Origin: Nannocystales bacterium
GTDB lineage: Bacteria; Myxococcota_A; Polyangia; Nannocystales; Nannocystaceae
Reading direction: 5' to 3'
DNA length: 64,000 nt
NCBI GenBank assembly: GCA_050633305.1
Contig: JBOEGF010000013.1
Coordinates: 160,001 to 224,000 of the forward strand
Position 1 is the stretch's first letter, and each line of letters starts with the position of its first letter. Both the position numbers and the translations under genes were made by a program. Under the pieces are notes generated by a model that did not search any database, was not told the origin of the DNA, and worked only from the letters and a program-made list of their open reading frames with translations. Below, in pieces: positions 44,949 to 54,420 of the stretch.

Positions 44949-46370
44949 GTGCCTTCCGTGAGCCCTCCGCGCTTCACCCCCCTCATCTCCTGGCTCCTCC
45001 TCGCGCAGCTCGTGCTCGCAGGCTGTGTCACCGCCCCACACGCAAAGGACGTCCCGAGCGACCCCCTTCGCGCATTCGCGGCCTTCCTCGACGCGACCCA
45101 TCCAGCGCTCCACCGTTTCGTTGGCGCTTCCGAGTTGGAGGCGCGCGTCGACCTCGAAGTGAAGAACCTGGGCGGAGACGATGACCCCCTCGCCCTCGCC
45201 CGCGCGGCCTCACGTGTTGCAGCCGCGGTCGGGGACGCTCATCTCGCGGTGGGGTTGCCTCCGGAGGTTGCCGAAGGTTCCCTGGTGCCCTTCTTGCTGA
45301 AGCGGGCGGGCGAGCATGTGTTCCTCGACGCGTCCGAGCCCATGCTGCCGCGGGGCACCGAAGTCCTCCAGGTCGAGGGGCGGCCGGTGGGCGCGCTCTT
45401 CGAAGCGATGGCCGCGATGGCGTGCGTCGACGGAGACCGGCCCGAAGTGCGCGCGGCCGAGGTCGAACACCGCTTCGCGTTTCTCGCCCTCCTCGAACTC
45501 GGTGCCCACGAACACTACACACTCGTCGTCCGCGAACCGGGGGGAGACCCCCGAACGATTCAGCTCGAGGCGACCGATCGCGCCGGCGTCGGCCGGCTGT
45601 CTGCTCAGCGGTACTCGGCGGCCGTGTGGGGCAGCCCGCTTCCCCAAGGCGAGCCCCCTTGGCCCACGCTCACACGTATCTCGCCCACCACACAGCTCCT
45701 TCGCCTCGCGAGCTTCGGATACGAAGACGACGCGCCGTACGAAGAACGTGTCGAAGCCCTCTTCGCAACGCTGGCACCCCACGAGCGCCTCGTCGTCGAT
45801 CTTCGCGGCAACGAAGGCGGCAACAGACTGCTCGGCGTCACCGTGCTGCGGCGCTTGCTCGCGCGTCCCTTCGCGCAATGGGCAAGCGTCTCGACCCGAG
45901 TCCGCGCCATTCCTCCCGGGTTCGAAGACCTCATCGAGTTCCCCATCGTCCCAGAGGCGTCCCTCACCGGTTTTCCCGGCAAAAAGGCCGAGGGCCGATG
46001 GCTCGTCGAAGGAGACCCCCTCGCCGAGCGCATGGTCCCCGCGGCGCAGTACCACCCAGGGGAGGTCGTGCTCTTCGTCGACGCCGCCACCAACTCCGCC
46101 TCGATCGAGTTCATCGCGGCCCTGCTCGCCCATCGCGACGGCGTTCAGGTCATCGGCACCCAGACCCAAGGCGCGTGCGACCGCCACAACGGCCAACTTC
46201 CCGTGGTCTTCCAGTCGCAGTCACTCATGGTCCTCGTGTCCCTGTTCGACATCGAGTTGGTCCCAATCCCGGGATGTCGACCCGGTCACGGGGTCATGCC
46301 CGACGTCGAGGTCGTCTACTCCGAAACCGACTTCCTCGGCTCCCGAGACCCCTACCTCGACGCGCTCTAG
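44949..46370 (+). CDS. S41-family (tail-specific protease-like) peptidase lipoprotein
   Basis: LAGC lipobox; GDAH; VDLRGNEGG; ATNSAS; VIGTQTQG; GVMPDVEV. Confidence 0.85.
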   Translation: MPSVSPPRFTPLISWLLLAQLVLAGCVTAPHAKDVPSDPLRAFAAFLDATHPALHRFVGASELEARVDLEVKNLGGDDDPLALARAASRVAAAVGDAHLAVGLPPEVAEGSLVPFLLKRAGEHVFLDASEPMLPRGTEVLQVEGRPVGALFEAMAAMACVDGDRPEVRAAEVEHRFAFLALLELGAHEHYTLVVREPGGDPRTIQLEATDRAGVGRLSAQRYSAAVWGSPLPQGEPPWPTLTRISPTTQLLRLASFGYEDDAPYEERVEALFATLAPHERLVVDLRGNEGGNRLLGVTVLRRLLARPFAQWASVSTRVRAIPPGFEDLIEFPIVPEASLTGFPGKKAEGRWLVEGDPLAERMVPAAQYHPGEVVLFVDAATNSASIEFIAALLAHRDGVQVIGTQTQGACDRHNGQLPVVFQSQSLMVLVSLFDIELVPIPGCRPGHGVMPDVEVVYSETDFLGSRDPYLDAL

Positions 46371-46405
46371 CCTGTGAAGCCCCCGAAGGCGCCCCCCGGG
46401 GTTCA

Positions 46406-46570
46406 TTCGGCCGCGCCGACGAAGCCCGCGAGGCCCTCGCCGGCCCGCTCACCCACGCCAACGCGTTCGGTGTACTGAGCGAAGACGTCGGTCCGCGCAC
46501 CGAGACGCTGTGGGGCAACTTCCCGCGGACGAGCTTCCACGCCGGCGCATCAACACAGTTTTTGCGTTGA
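46406..46570 (+). pseudogene. C-terminal fragment of a glycoside hydrolase family 15 gene
   Basis: FGRADEAREAL...ANAFGVLSEDVGPRTETLWGNFPRTSFHAG matches the GH15 terminal motif (GLLSED...LWGNFPQ..SH.G); no start or upstream part. Confidence 0.7.
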
Positions 46571-46604
46571 GTGCGGTGATGGGACCCACCCTGTAGGGGG
46601 CGCA

Positions 46605-47753
46605 TCAGCGGGCCTCGATGCGAACCTCGCGGCTCCGTCCGTCACGGTCGTAGACGAACGTGCCGGCGGGGTGGGTCAGCAGCCGCTCGAGGACCGCCGA
46701 CAGCGACTCCTGATCGGTCAGCGCCTTGCCGTCGACCGACCGAAGGATGTCCCCATTGCGCAGACCGACCGTGGCGGCGAGATCGGTGCTCGCCTCCTCC
46801 CGATCGAACCCCTCCAGTCGAATCCCCGGATAGCCAGGCTCGGCCGGGTCGAGCAGTCGGAGCAGTGCGCCATCAGCTTCGACCACGCTGGCTGCAGCAA
46901 ACACGCTGTCGATGAGCGCAGGGTCGTACGTGCACGAAGTCTGGGCCTGGTTGCAATGGACGAGCTCGGCGAGCGGGCCGAACGGCGCGACTTCGCCTTC
47001 ATCCGCACCACCCGAACCTTCGTCCGCCCCACCCGAACTCTCATCCGCGCTCGAGCTCCCATCGTCTCCCGACGAATTCGGAGGCACGCCGCCGGACGTG
47101 GAGGAGCTCTCGTCCCCGCCGCCCGTAGCGTCCTCCGTGTCCGAGCCCTGCGGGGGCGGGTTCTTGTAGTAGTAGCACCAACCGTCTGCACCCTTTGCGT
47201 ATGAGCCGGAGTTCTCGGAAATCGGGCGCACGTACTCCTCACCCATGTCCAGGTCGAGGTAGCGAGCGCGAGTCGGGTTCTGCAGGTACGCGCGGCAGAC
47301 GATGTCCGCGGTATGGCTGGTACAGTTGATGTCTTCGTCAGAGAGATAGACGACGCATTCGTCGTGCATTTGCGCCACCATTGTCTCGATGACCCCCGTG
47401 TAGTAGTTCTGATCAGCTGCAGGCATCGAGGAGCCGACGCCGGCCTCGATCGCAGTCATCATGTGATCGAGTCTCTGGAGGTCGGCCTGGTCGGAGATCT
47501 CTGTCTGTCCGGAATGGACTTGCTCGACCGCGCCGACTTCATCTTCGAGGTTGATCTCGAAACCGCTCGAGGCGTCCACGCACCGAAGAGCCAAGTCCGC
47601 TGGCAGCAGCTCGTCATTGAGAGGTGCGCTGCCAAACATCATTCCGCTCACCGAGTAGGTTTTCTCATAGCAGATGACGTTTGGAACGAGGCAGGCGGTG
47701 GCCATGAGGCCAAGGAGTGAGATACTCAGGGTTCTGGTTGTTTGGGTGCTCAT
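46605..47753 (-). CDS. Lipoprotein with C-terminal PDZ-like domain
   Basis: LMATAC lipobox; Ser/Gly/Asp linker; VGLRNGDILRSVDG...YDRDG. Confidence 0.75.
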   Translation of the reverse strand: MSTQTTRTLSISLLGLMATACLVPNVICYEKTYSVSGMMFGSAPLNDELLPADLALRCVDASSGFEINLEDEVGAVEQVHSGQTEISDQADLQRLDHMMTAIEAGVGSSMPAADQNYYTGVIETMVAQMHDECVVYLSDEDINCTSHTADIVCRAYLQNPTRARYLDLDMGEEYVRPISENSGSYAKGADGWCYYYKNPPPQGSDTEDATGGGDESSSTSGGVPPNSSGDDGSSSADESSGGADEGSGGADEGEVAPFGPLAELVHCNQAQTSCTYDPALIDSVFAAASVVEADGALLRLLDPAEPGYPGIRLEGFDREEASTDLAATVGLRNGDILRSVDGKALTDQESLSAVLERLLTHPAGTFVYDRDGRSREVRIEAR

Positions 47754-47798
47754 CTCGCGACTTCCTGTTGCGAAAGCTTGTGGTGTTGTTTGTGCGAT

Positions 47799-48212
47799 CT
47801 AATCGCGGTATTCGCCCTGGCAATCTCCGTATGCCTCGCTCGTTGCGACGCACGGCGTTTCCGAGATTCGCGCCGGGTTGTTGGTGATGATCCAGCGTGC
47901 GTCGCAGGAGGAAGCGGCCGCACATTCGTAGTGCTTCGTGAACTCCTCACCGCACGCGTCGGTTCCATCGTCCTGGAGGAACCAGTACTCCGCGTCTTCC
48001 GACAGACAGAGGTCCATGCAGTCCTGCCTGGTCTCGTAGAACTCCACGTCGGAACCACACTCCGGATCCAAGACCAGGTCACAGAAGACCTCGCACGCGG
48101 GACGCCGTCGCTCGAAGGTTCGAACCTCCTCTTCTTCCTCCACTTGCGGGCCGCACGCGCCAAGGGCCATGACGAGAGGAAGGGCGTGTTGGAAGAGATT
48201 GCGGCGGTTCAT
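47799..48212 (-). CDS. Cys-rich acidic lipoprotein
   Basis: ALGAC lipobox; many Cys in CxxxC pairs; GGAG upstream. Confidence 0.72.
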   Translation of the reverse strand: MNRRNLFQHALPLVMALGACGPQVEEEEEVRTFERRRPACEVFCDLVLDPECGSDVEFYETRQDCMDLCLSEDAEYWFLQDDGTDACGEEFTKHYECAAASSCDARWIITNNPARISETPCVATSEAYGDCQGEYRD

Positions 48213-48876
48213 TGGAACTCCTGTATGGGCCGGCAGCATACGCGGTCATGCAGTCGTGGACCATTCATGCCACCTCGGAGCCGGGGTGGCACTCCGGAAA
48301 CGAGGTTGGGGTCGCCTGTCCGCACGTCCCCGTAGGTGTTGACATACCCAGAACCGGCCCGCGGTTCGAAACGTAGGCCCCCCTGTTGAGATGAGATCGG
48401 TCTTGGGCCCACTTGGACTGAAGGACTACGATTCGAGGCGAACCACCTGCAGCGTCGCTTCGTTGGGCGGTGTCCGAGCGTCGGCCCAAAGGTGAATCAT
48501 CCCGCCTTCGTTGAGCGCCCGGACTGTGAGCCGTTCAAAATCGAAGGCGCCGCTTGGAATGTGAACGTCGAAGCCGTGCAGGATCCCGCGGCCGTAGTCG
48601 CCGTCGAGCTCGTCGATGACGAACCGAACCCGGCTCGCTGGGGTGTTGTCGGTCTTCGTTCTCCTCACCAAGGACGTGGAACTGAGACAGCCCGGACGCG
48701 GCGCCGCCAGCTGTGGGGTGCCAGATCGTGGCGCTGTGCCGACCCTCGTCCGCCCGGCGGACGGGCTCGGCGGCGGCGACCACGGAGGGAAGGGATACAG
48801 ACCATGTCGACCCTGTTCCCGAAGGCACGAGAACGTTCCCGCCCGTTGACGCCCCAGGTCGTCGTGCCGACGTGGG

Positions 48877-49245
48877 ATGGCCGCGCTCGTGGCCCGCAGC
48901 GCCTCGCCCGACCGAGTCGTCGCCAGCCGGGTCGCCGAGACGCTCCGGGGCCTGTCGCTCGATACCTATCTGCGGCTGAGCCGGGAGATCGCGACCTATG
49001 ACTACCGACCGACGCTGCAACGCAGCACGGCGCCCTACCTCTTGCTGCGCGGGGAGAAGGAACGCAGCATCAACGCCGCACTCGCCTCGACTCTGGCCGT
49101 GGTCGACGTTCACCCCACGGCCCGGTGCATGGAGCTGGCGAAGGCTGGGCACTTCGCGAACCTCGAGGTCCCGGAGGCTTTCGAGCGAGCGCTCCAGGAC
49201 TTCTGGAGCTCGCTCGATCCCGCAGCCGACGCGGCGATGACGTGA
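48877..49245 (+). pseudogene. C-terminal fragment of an alpha/beta-hydrolase
   Basis: PYLLLRGEKE...ELAKAGHFANLEVPEAFERALQDFW (catalytic His region); upstream portion frameshifted or absent. Confidence 0.65.
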
Positions 49246-49347
49246 ATCGTCGCCCGCAACGTGCCACTCCCTGCGCGCGTGGCTCCGTACGTTCGCATGC
49301 CGACTCCGCTTTCCTGGCTGGTTTTCTCCCAGCTGTTGCGCGAGGCG

Positions 49348-49896
49348 CTAGAGCTGAACGAGCTCGACGGACAGCTTGTCCTCGCCGAAGTCCGGGTCGC
49401 AGGCCCGACCGAACCATTGGGCGGAGATCGACGCGTTGACCTCTACGAGCTCGACGACCTGACCTTCGGCGAGTTCGGCGACGGAGACCTGAACGACCTC
49501 CGCCTCGGTACAGCGCCTTCCGGAAGAGTCCAAGTCTGCCTCGGCGACGAGCGCAATCGAGTGCCAGTTGCCGAGATCGTTGCGGGCCCAATCGACGTTT
49601 GTGTGAACCAACTCGTCGCCATCGGGTTCGAGCGCAAGCGACTCGACGGTGAGTTCGACGCTGCTGCCACCATTCGTGAACGCGCGTAAGCTGAATCTTC
49701 CGCTGACTGTCAGGCCGTGGGGCGGCTCTCCGGTCGCGCACAGCGTGACCTCGAACGCGGTGACGGGGGCGTCGGCGGTGAGCATCGCGGGTTCGGCCGA
49801 CGCCGACACGCTCGCGCCCCCGCCGGGCTCGCAGGCCCCCGCGAAGAACATCGCCACGAGAGAACCTTTGAGAATCTTCCGGATGCGGTTGACCAT
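49348..49896 (-). CDS. Lipoprotein of unknown function
   Basis: MVNRIRKILKGSLVAMFFAGAC lipobox. Confidence 0.65.
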   Translation of the reverse strand: MVNRIRKILKGSLVAMFFAGACEPGGGASVSASAEPAMLTADAPVTAFEVTLCATGEPPHGLTVSGRFSLRAFTNGGSSVELTVESLALEPDGDELVHTNVDWARNDLGNWHSIALVAEADLDSSGRRCTEAEVVQVSVAELAEGQVVELVEVNASISAQWFGRACDPDFGEDKLSVELVQL

Positions 49897-50191
49897 GACG
49901 GACGCCACGATTCGATAGTAGCCGGCGGCCGCCAAACGATCACGCGAGCGGTGGAATATGCGCCACCGCGCTGTTTTCCGTCATCCGAAGCAACTCCCTC
50001 CGCGAGTGCTTTGACGAAGGCAACCATTCTCGAGCGGCGTGGTGTTGGCCGGGACGATCGTGCGGGCGCGGGGATGACGAGCGCAAGCGGCACGGGCTGC
50101 GCCTACTCCCGCGGGGCGAGGGGTGAAGAGGGAGCGCAGGGCGTGGTGTCCTGCGAGGATGCCGTAGTACCTCTCGACTCTCGGCGCTCAA

Positions 50192-50249
50192 AGTGAAACG
50201 AGCAGGGGAAAGCCGGCAGCGGCATCGGCGCAGATGGCCGGAGACGAGT
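50192..50249. repeat. Copy of the element's transposase-downstream non-coding sequence
   Basis: 58-bp near-identical to 53286-53343, with a 41-bp exact core aaagccggcagcggcatcggcgcagatggccggagacgagt. Confidence 0.85.
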
Positions 50250-50517
50250 AAGAATGGCGAGCAGCTAAAGGACTTCAATGGAGTTGCCGCAGAACTCCGC
50301 GGGGTTAGGTTCACAAAGCCCGGCGGGGGGAACTGGGACCACATCACGGAGATGGAACAGAGCGTTGTTGGGCTGGAAAAAGCGGTCCGCGAACTCCAAG
50401 GAAGCCTGCGAAACCCCAACTTGGCCCCGGCTGCGGCTTCTCTAATTCGTGAGACAATAGCAAGGGCCGAGACGGTGACTTCGCAAAATGCCTGCTACCC
50501 TTGCTGGCGGCGTCTGA
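50250..50517 (+). pseudogene. Orphan polymorphic toxin C-terminal fragment, Ntox28 (CdiA-CT EC536-like tRNase)
   Basis: DFNGVAAELRG...KPGGGNWDHITEMEQS..GL...LQGSLRNPNL; 5' truncated; apparent 1-nt insertion near 50478. Confidence 0.75.
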
Positions 50518-50528
50518 GGGAATGTGTC

Positions 50529-51026
50529 ATGAGTGCACCGGGGTATCGTAGGATTCATCACGAGCTGATGAGTGGTGATGTCGACCGTACGCTGGACGCT
50601 TTATTTCTGATAGGTGGACGGACCGACACTCCTCCGCCCCCGGAGGTTGTGGCTTGTTGCAATCGGCTGATGCGTCACTTTGATGAGGATGTCCGAATTC
50701 AGAGCATAATGGCGGTCGGGATTCATTGGGCGAGTTCCATGTCGCTAGATTCGCTGCTGGAGGTGGCTTCTCTGGACGATCTGGTTGAGGTTCGAACTGC
50801 TGCCGTGCGAGCTCTTACTCGCTATGCGGAATCGAAGAAGGAGGACGTGTGTAGGGTGCTCGCGAGAATTGCGGCGGAGCCTAGCGAGGATCCGGGCTTG
50901 CGTGCGGTGGCATACATTGGCCTCCTCCGCGCGGAGGGCCTTATTACGGCTCGCGAAAAAGCCAGTCTTCCGCAGGATATAGGCTCTCTAGAGGTCGATG
51001 AGCGACTGCTCCGTCGCTGGGTATGA
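50529..51026 (+). CDS. HEAT-repeat protein, probable cognate immunity protein
   Basis: ATG preceded by GAGGGA; DEDVRIQSI, LVEVRTAAVRAL, DPGLRAVAY HEAT-like units; directly follows the toxin fragment; lower GC. Confidence 0.7.
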   Translation: MSAPGYRRIHHELMSGDVDRTLDALFLIGGRTDTPPPPEVVACCNRLMRHFDEDVRIQSIMAVGIHWASSMSLDSLLEVASLDDLVEVRTAAVRALTRYAESKKEDVCRVLARIAAEPSEDPGLRAVAYIGLLRAEGLITAREKASLPQDIGSLEVDERLLRRWV

Positions 51027-51496
51027 CAGGCGACGGCCAATCGCCGACCCCAGCACCCCGCAGTCAATCGTCGCAACGCTCGGGCTGGCCGCCATCGCAC
51101 CACACGATGGCGCAGCCAACAGTTGAGCCACACTCCCCCCTGTGTTGTCCTCGCAGACGTCTCCGATGTCCTCCCCTACACACAGGCTGCTACGGAAGAG
51201 CACGATCTCGCTCACCGTCTCGGACGATTCAGGAGAAACTCGAAAGCTCCGATACCCCGTGTAGGAGAGGAAACCGTCTTGGTCGCACCGAGGCTGCGAA
51301 AACACGACAGACGTCGGATGCTCGTCCTGGGAGTCGTCGAGGCGGATAGTGCCGTCATCCTGCTTGATCCACGTTACGGGCAGTTCTGTCTCGTCGCAAC
51401 CCAGGGATACAACGAGGGGCTCACCATTGGGCCGCAGCTCGTAGCGCAACCCTCCTACATCCACGAACCACCTGGTCTCGGCAAGGTCACCGTCTG
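50988..51496 (-). pseudogene. 5'-truncated Cys-containing secreted-type protein fragment
   Basis: Open frame begins directly at transposase-associated sequence (~51497) with no signal peptide or good start. Confidence 0.45.
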
Positions 51497-52044
51497 ATGC
51501 CGACGCGCTCGCGAGGAGCGAGAGCGTGATGGGGCCAGAGCTCAGGCCAGAAACAACATCAGCTGTCCGCGAGGTGAGGGTCGCGGTGGGGGCCGAGCGG
51601 CATCCAGCGCTTCGGCTATTTCATCGGGGCTGCTCACCGCACGGGCCACCCGCATCGGACCTTGGCACCGCTGCCAAACCGAGACGTCGAACCGGAAGAC
51701 CCGGGCGAGCAAGCTCATCCACGAGAGCCGACGCGGCGCAACATCGAGCAGCTGTTTGTCGAGGGCCGGCCCGGTGTTGGCTGTGAGCTCGAGCTGGCCT
51801 TGCGGGACAAACAACGAGAGCTGCTTGGGCGGGATGCTCGTGGCCTCCGGCGTGGGGACGACGCGAGCGCGCAGCGCGTGCCGGGGGCAAGAGCGCCGTA
51901 GTACCAAACGGTGTGGGCACCCGGCGGAGGCACCAGGGCACACAACCGAGCCAAGAACCGCTCGGGGCTCATCTGGGCATAGGTGGCTCCATTTCGGCTG
52001 GGCCTCTTGAAGTGGACGCGGACCTGTCCGTCGGTGGTCCGCTG
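51497..52044 (-). mobile_element. ISCR/IS91-like transposase remnant C (3' part plus downstream non-coding sequence)
   Basis: RTTDGQVRVHFKRP...FLARLCALVPPP..H..YYG...RLSWMSLLARVF...RPPPRP..GQLMLFLA*; frameshifted. Confidence 0.85.
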
Positions 52045-52174
52045 TCGCATCGGGGTCGCCGACGAGCAGCAGGTCGATGGAAGTGTCTTTGGAGACCGCA
52101 GCGGCGGCCTCCATCGTGACCGCGGCTCCTTGGTCCCCTCCCATCACGTCCAGCGCGACCCGAGTTTCCGTCAT
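52045..52174 (-). pseudogene. plsX: N-terminal fragment of phosphate acyltransferase PlsX fused to the transposase remnant
   Basis: MTETRVALDVMGGDQGAAVTMEAA...LLLVGD matches the PlsX N-terminus (IALDAMGGD...ILVGD). Confidence 0.75.
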
Positions 52175-52275
52175 CGGGCAGAGTGTACCGCTGCTGTCGG
52201 GGTACCATTGGGGGGATGGAGGGATCGGCCGATGCTGCTCCGTCTGAGTCGGACCTGCCCTCTGAGGCGTACGGC

Positions 52276-53058
52276 TCAACCGTCCGACGCATCCGTCGTG
52301 ATCAGGTCTGACAATGCGTCGACGACCTCGGTCCCCGTTCCCTCTCGGGCAACCTGACAGACGTCGCTGAAATCGTACGACGCAAAGCCGCCGCGGACTG
52401 AGAGTACTGTCGCCCGCTGCTCAACCTTGCGCGAAGTCTCCCACTCGATCGGTTCTTCGCCCCACCCCCACACGCAGACGGCGCCAACGTGCCCGCGAAC
52501 CTCCTGTTCTTGGGACACATCCAATGACTCAGGATCGGTTCCGCAAATACAGGCACCTCGCCCGAAACCGACCCGTTCATGGCGACTTGGGACCCAGAAA
52601 TCCACCCGCTCTTCGATGCTCCCGCCCTGGATGCACTCGAACCGAGAGAACCCTCGGTCGCGATGCGTTTCTACGCAGATTCCATCATCCCAGGGAACAA
52701 AGGCGCGGTCGCGCAGCCTCTCAACCGGACCCGACTGGAAACGAGTCCAGAAGAACACGTTGCGACAGTCCACCCCCCGCGCATCAGAGACGACGCAAAC
52801 GCACCGTCCCGCTTGGACGACGCCGTGTCGGCGCAGGTCCGCCGCCCCGCCCCGCAGCGAAGTCTTGATGGAGCGATCGACTCCAATGCCTCGGCGGCGG
52901 CACTCAACCTGAGTCCTCCCGGCCACGGCACACGACAGCTCCTCCTTCGCCTGAAGGTCCTCCGTCACGCGAACCCGTACGCACCCCGACGAGGGCCCGA
53001 AGACACCAATCACGGCGAACGCGAGAGACGATGCGGTGTACGACCAACGTTCGATCAT
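52276..53058 (-). CDS. Hypothetical Cys-rich exported protein
   Basis: N-terminal hydrophobic stretch and SGC; repeated C-x-C pairs. Confidence 0.5.
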   Translation of the reverse strand: MIERWSYTASSLAFAVIGVFGPSSGCVRVRVTEDLQAKEELSCAVAGRTQVECRRRGIGVDRSIKTSLRGGAADLRRHGVVQAGRCVCVVSDARGVDCRNVFFWTRFQSGPVERLRDRAFVPWDDGICVETHRDRGFSRFECIQGGSIEERVDFWVPSRHERVGFGRGACICGTDPESLDVSQEQEVRGHVGAVCVWGWGEEPIEWETSRKVEQRATVLSVRGGFASYDFSDVCQVAREGTGTEVVDALSDLITTDASDG

Positions 53059-53285
53059 GACGCAGGCTCGAGAATACTATCCTCGATCGGCCCCGAACGT
53101 TCCGGGGCCCCTTGGGCAGCCCACGCCGCCCTGTCGGTCGACCGGAGCGTCGCAAAGGCGTAGCCCCTCTCGCGCGTCGACGACGAGCAAGGTTTGGCCG
53201 CCATCTCGGCTTGTCTTCGCACACCTCCTTTCGAGGAACCCAATGGCGCAGGACGCTAAGGACATGCGGGTGGCACGGTCGCTTG

Positions 53286-54036
53286 AGTGAAACTAGCTGG
53301 GAAAAGCCGGCAGCGGCATCGGCGCAGATGGCCGGAGACGAGTCACAGGCAACGCGGACGGTGCCCACCGGAGCCGCGCTGAGGACAGAACCGGGCGCGC
53401 CGAGGGCCGGATGGGCGTCTGAGGGACGCTCGAGGAGTTCCGTAGTGTGCCAATGCCCGTACGGATGCCGACCCGCTCGCGAGAGCGAGGGCGTGATAGG
53501 GGCCAGAGCTCAGGCCAGATACAACATCAGCTGTCCGCGAGATGAGGGTCGCGGTGGCGGCCGAGCGGCATGCAGCACTTCGGCGATTTCATCGGAGCAG
53601 GTCACCGCACGGACCACCCGCATCGGGCCCTGGCACCGCTGGCAAACCGAGACGTCGAACCTCGAGCTGGCCTTGCGGGACAACCAACGAGAGCTGCTTG
53701 GGCTCGATGTTCGTGGCCTCCGGCGTGGGGATGATGCGAGCGCGCAGAGCGTGCCGGGGCGCGAGAACGCCGTAGTACCGGACGGTGTGGGCACCCGGCG
53801 GAGGGACCAGGGCACACAACCGAGCCAAGAAACGCTCGGGGCTCATCCGGGCACACGTGGCTCCACTTCGGCTGGGCTTCTTGAAGTGGACGCGGACCTG
53901 TCCGTCGGTGGTCCGCTGCACGGCACCGAGCGCAAACGGGGGACGCAGCAGATAGCGACAGACCCGTTCGAGACGCTTTCGGTCGCGACCATCGACACAG
54001 ACGGCGGCATGAAGCTGCATGGCGAAGCCCGAGACA
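53286..54036 (-). mobile_element. ISCR/IS91-like transposase remnant B with ~95-bp internal deletion and downstream end region
   Basis: MQLHAAVCVDGRDRKRLERVCRYLLRPP...HTVRYYGVLAP; deletion at 53660/53661 relative to copies A and C; stop at 53510. Confidence 0.85.
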
Positions 54037-54160
54037 GACGGAAGTGTCGCTGACCGAGGTTGCGAGCAACAGCAAAGTCCTCGGTACCGATGACCGCATC
54101 ATTGAGCCCGACGATGTCGGGGAGCCCGTCTCCGTCGAAGTCGTGGACCAGGATCCGTCC
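54037..54160 (-). pseudogene. FG-GAP repeat fragment joined to transposase remnant B
   Basis: LVHDFDGDGLPDIVGLN...VARNLG. Confidence 0.55.
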
Positions 54161-54420
54161 CTCGAGGAGGCTGAAGACTCTCGGACCGGGACCGAGCTCG
54201 TGCACCCGGGTCCCGCCCAGTGGGCTGCATACCTCTTCCACCAGCCGCCAGAGCTCCTCGCGCAGTGACCTATCGCCGAACGCGGCATTCATCGGTGTCT
54301 GATCCACCAGCTCCCCAGCGCCCTGCCCTCGGGTGCCCCGATGATGTCGCCGCTGTTCCCGATCGTCCGCTCGAGGCAATCGGCGTACTTGCGTGCGCCA
54401 TCCCGTGGACTCTGAGCCTT

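Noticed and set aside
50193..51026. 277-aa ORF as one native protein
   Set aside because: Its first ~19 codons are element-derived repeat, and it has an internal RBS/ATG at 50529 and an out-of-frame stop at 50515; better read as toxin fragment plus immunity gene.
44949..53058. Integron cassette array
   Set aside because: No intI gene and no recurring attC-like GTTRRRY palindromes seen between genes; gene orientations are mixed.
53271..53286. Sigma-54 promoter-like tggcacg...ttg
   Set aside because: Spacing and -12 element do not match TGGCAC-N5-TTGC.
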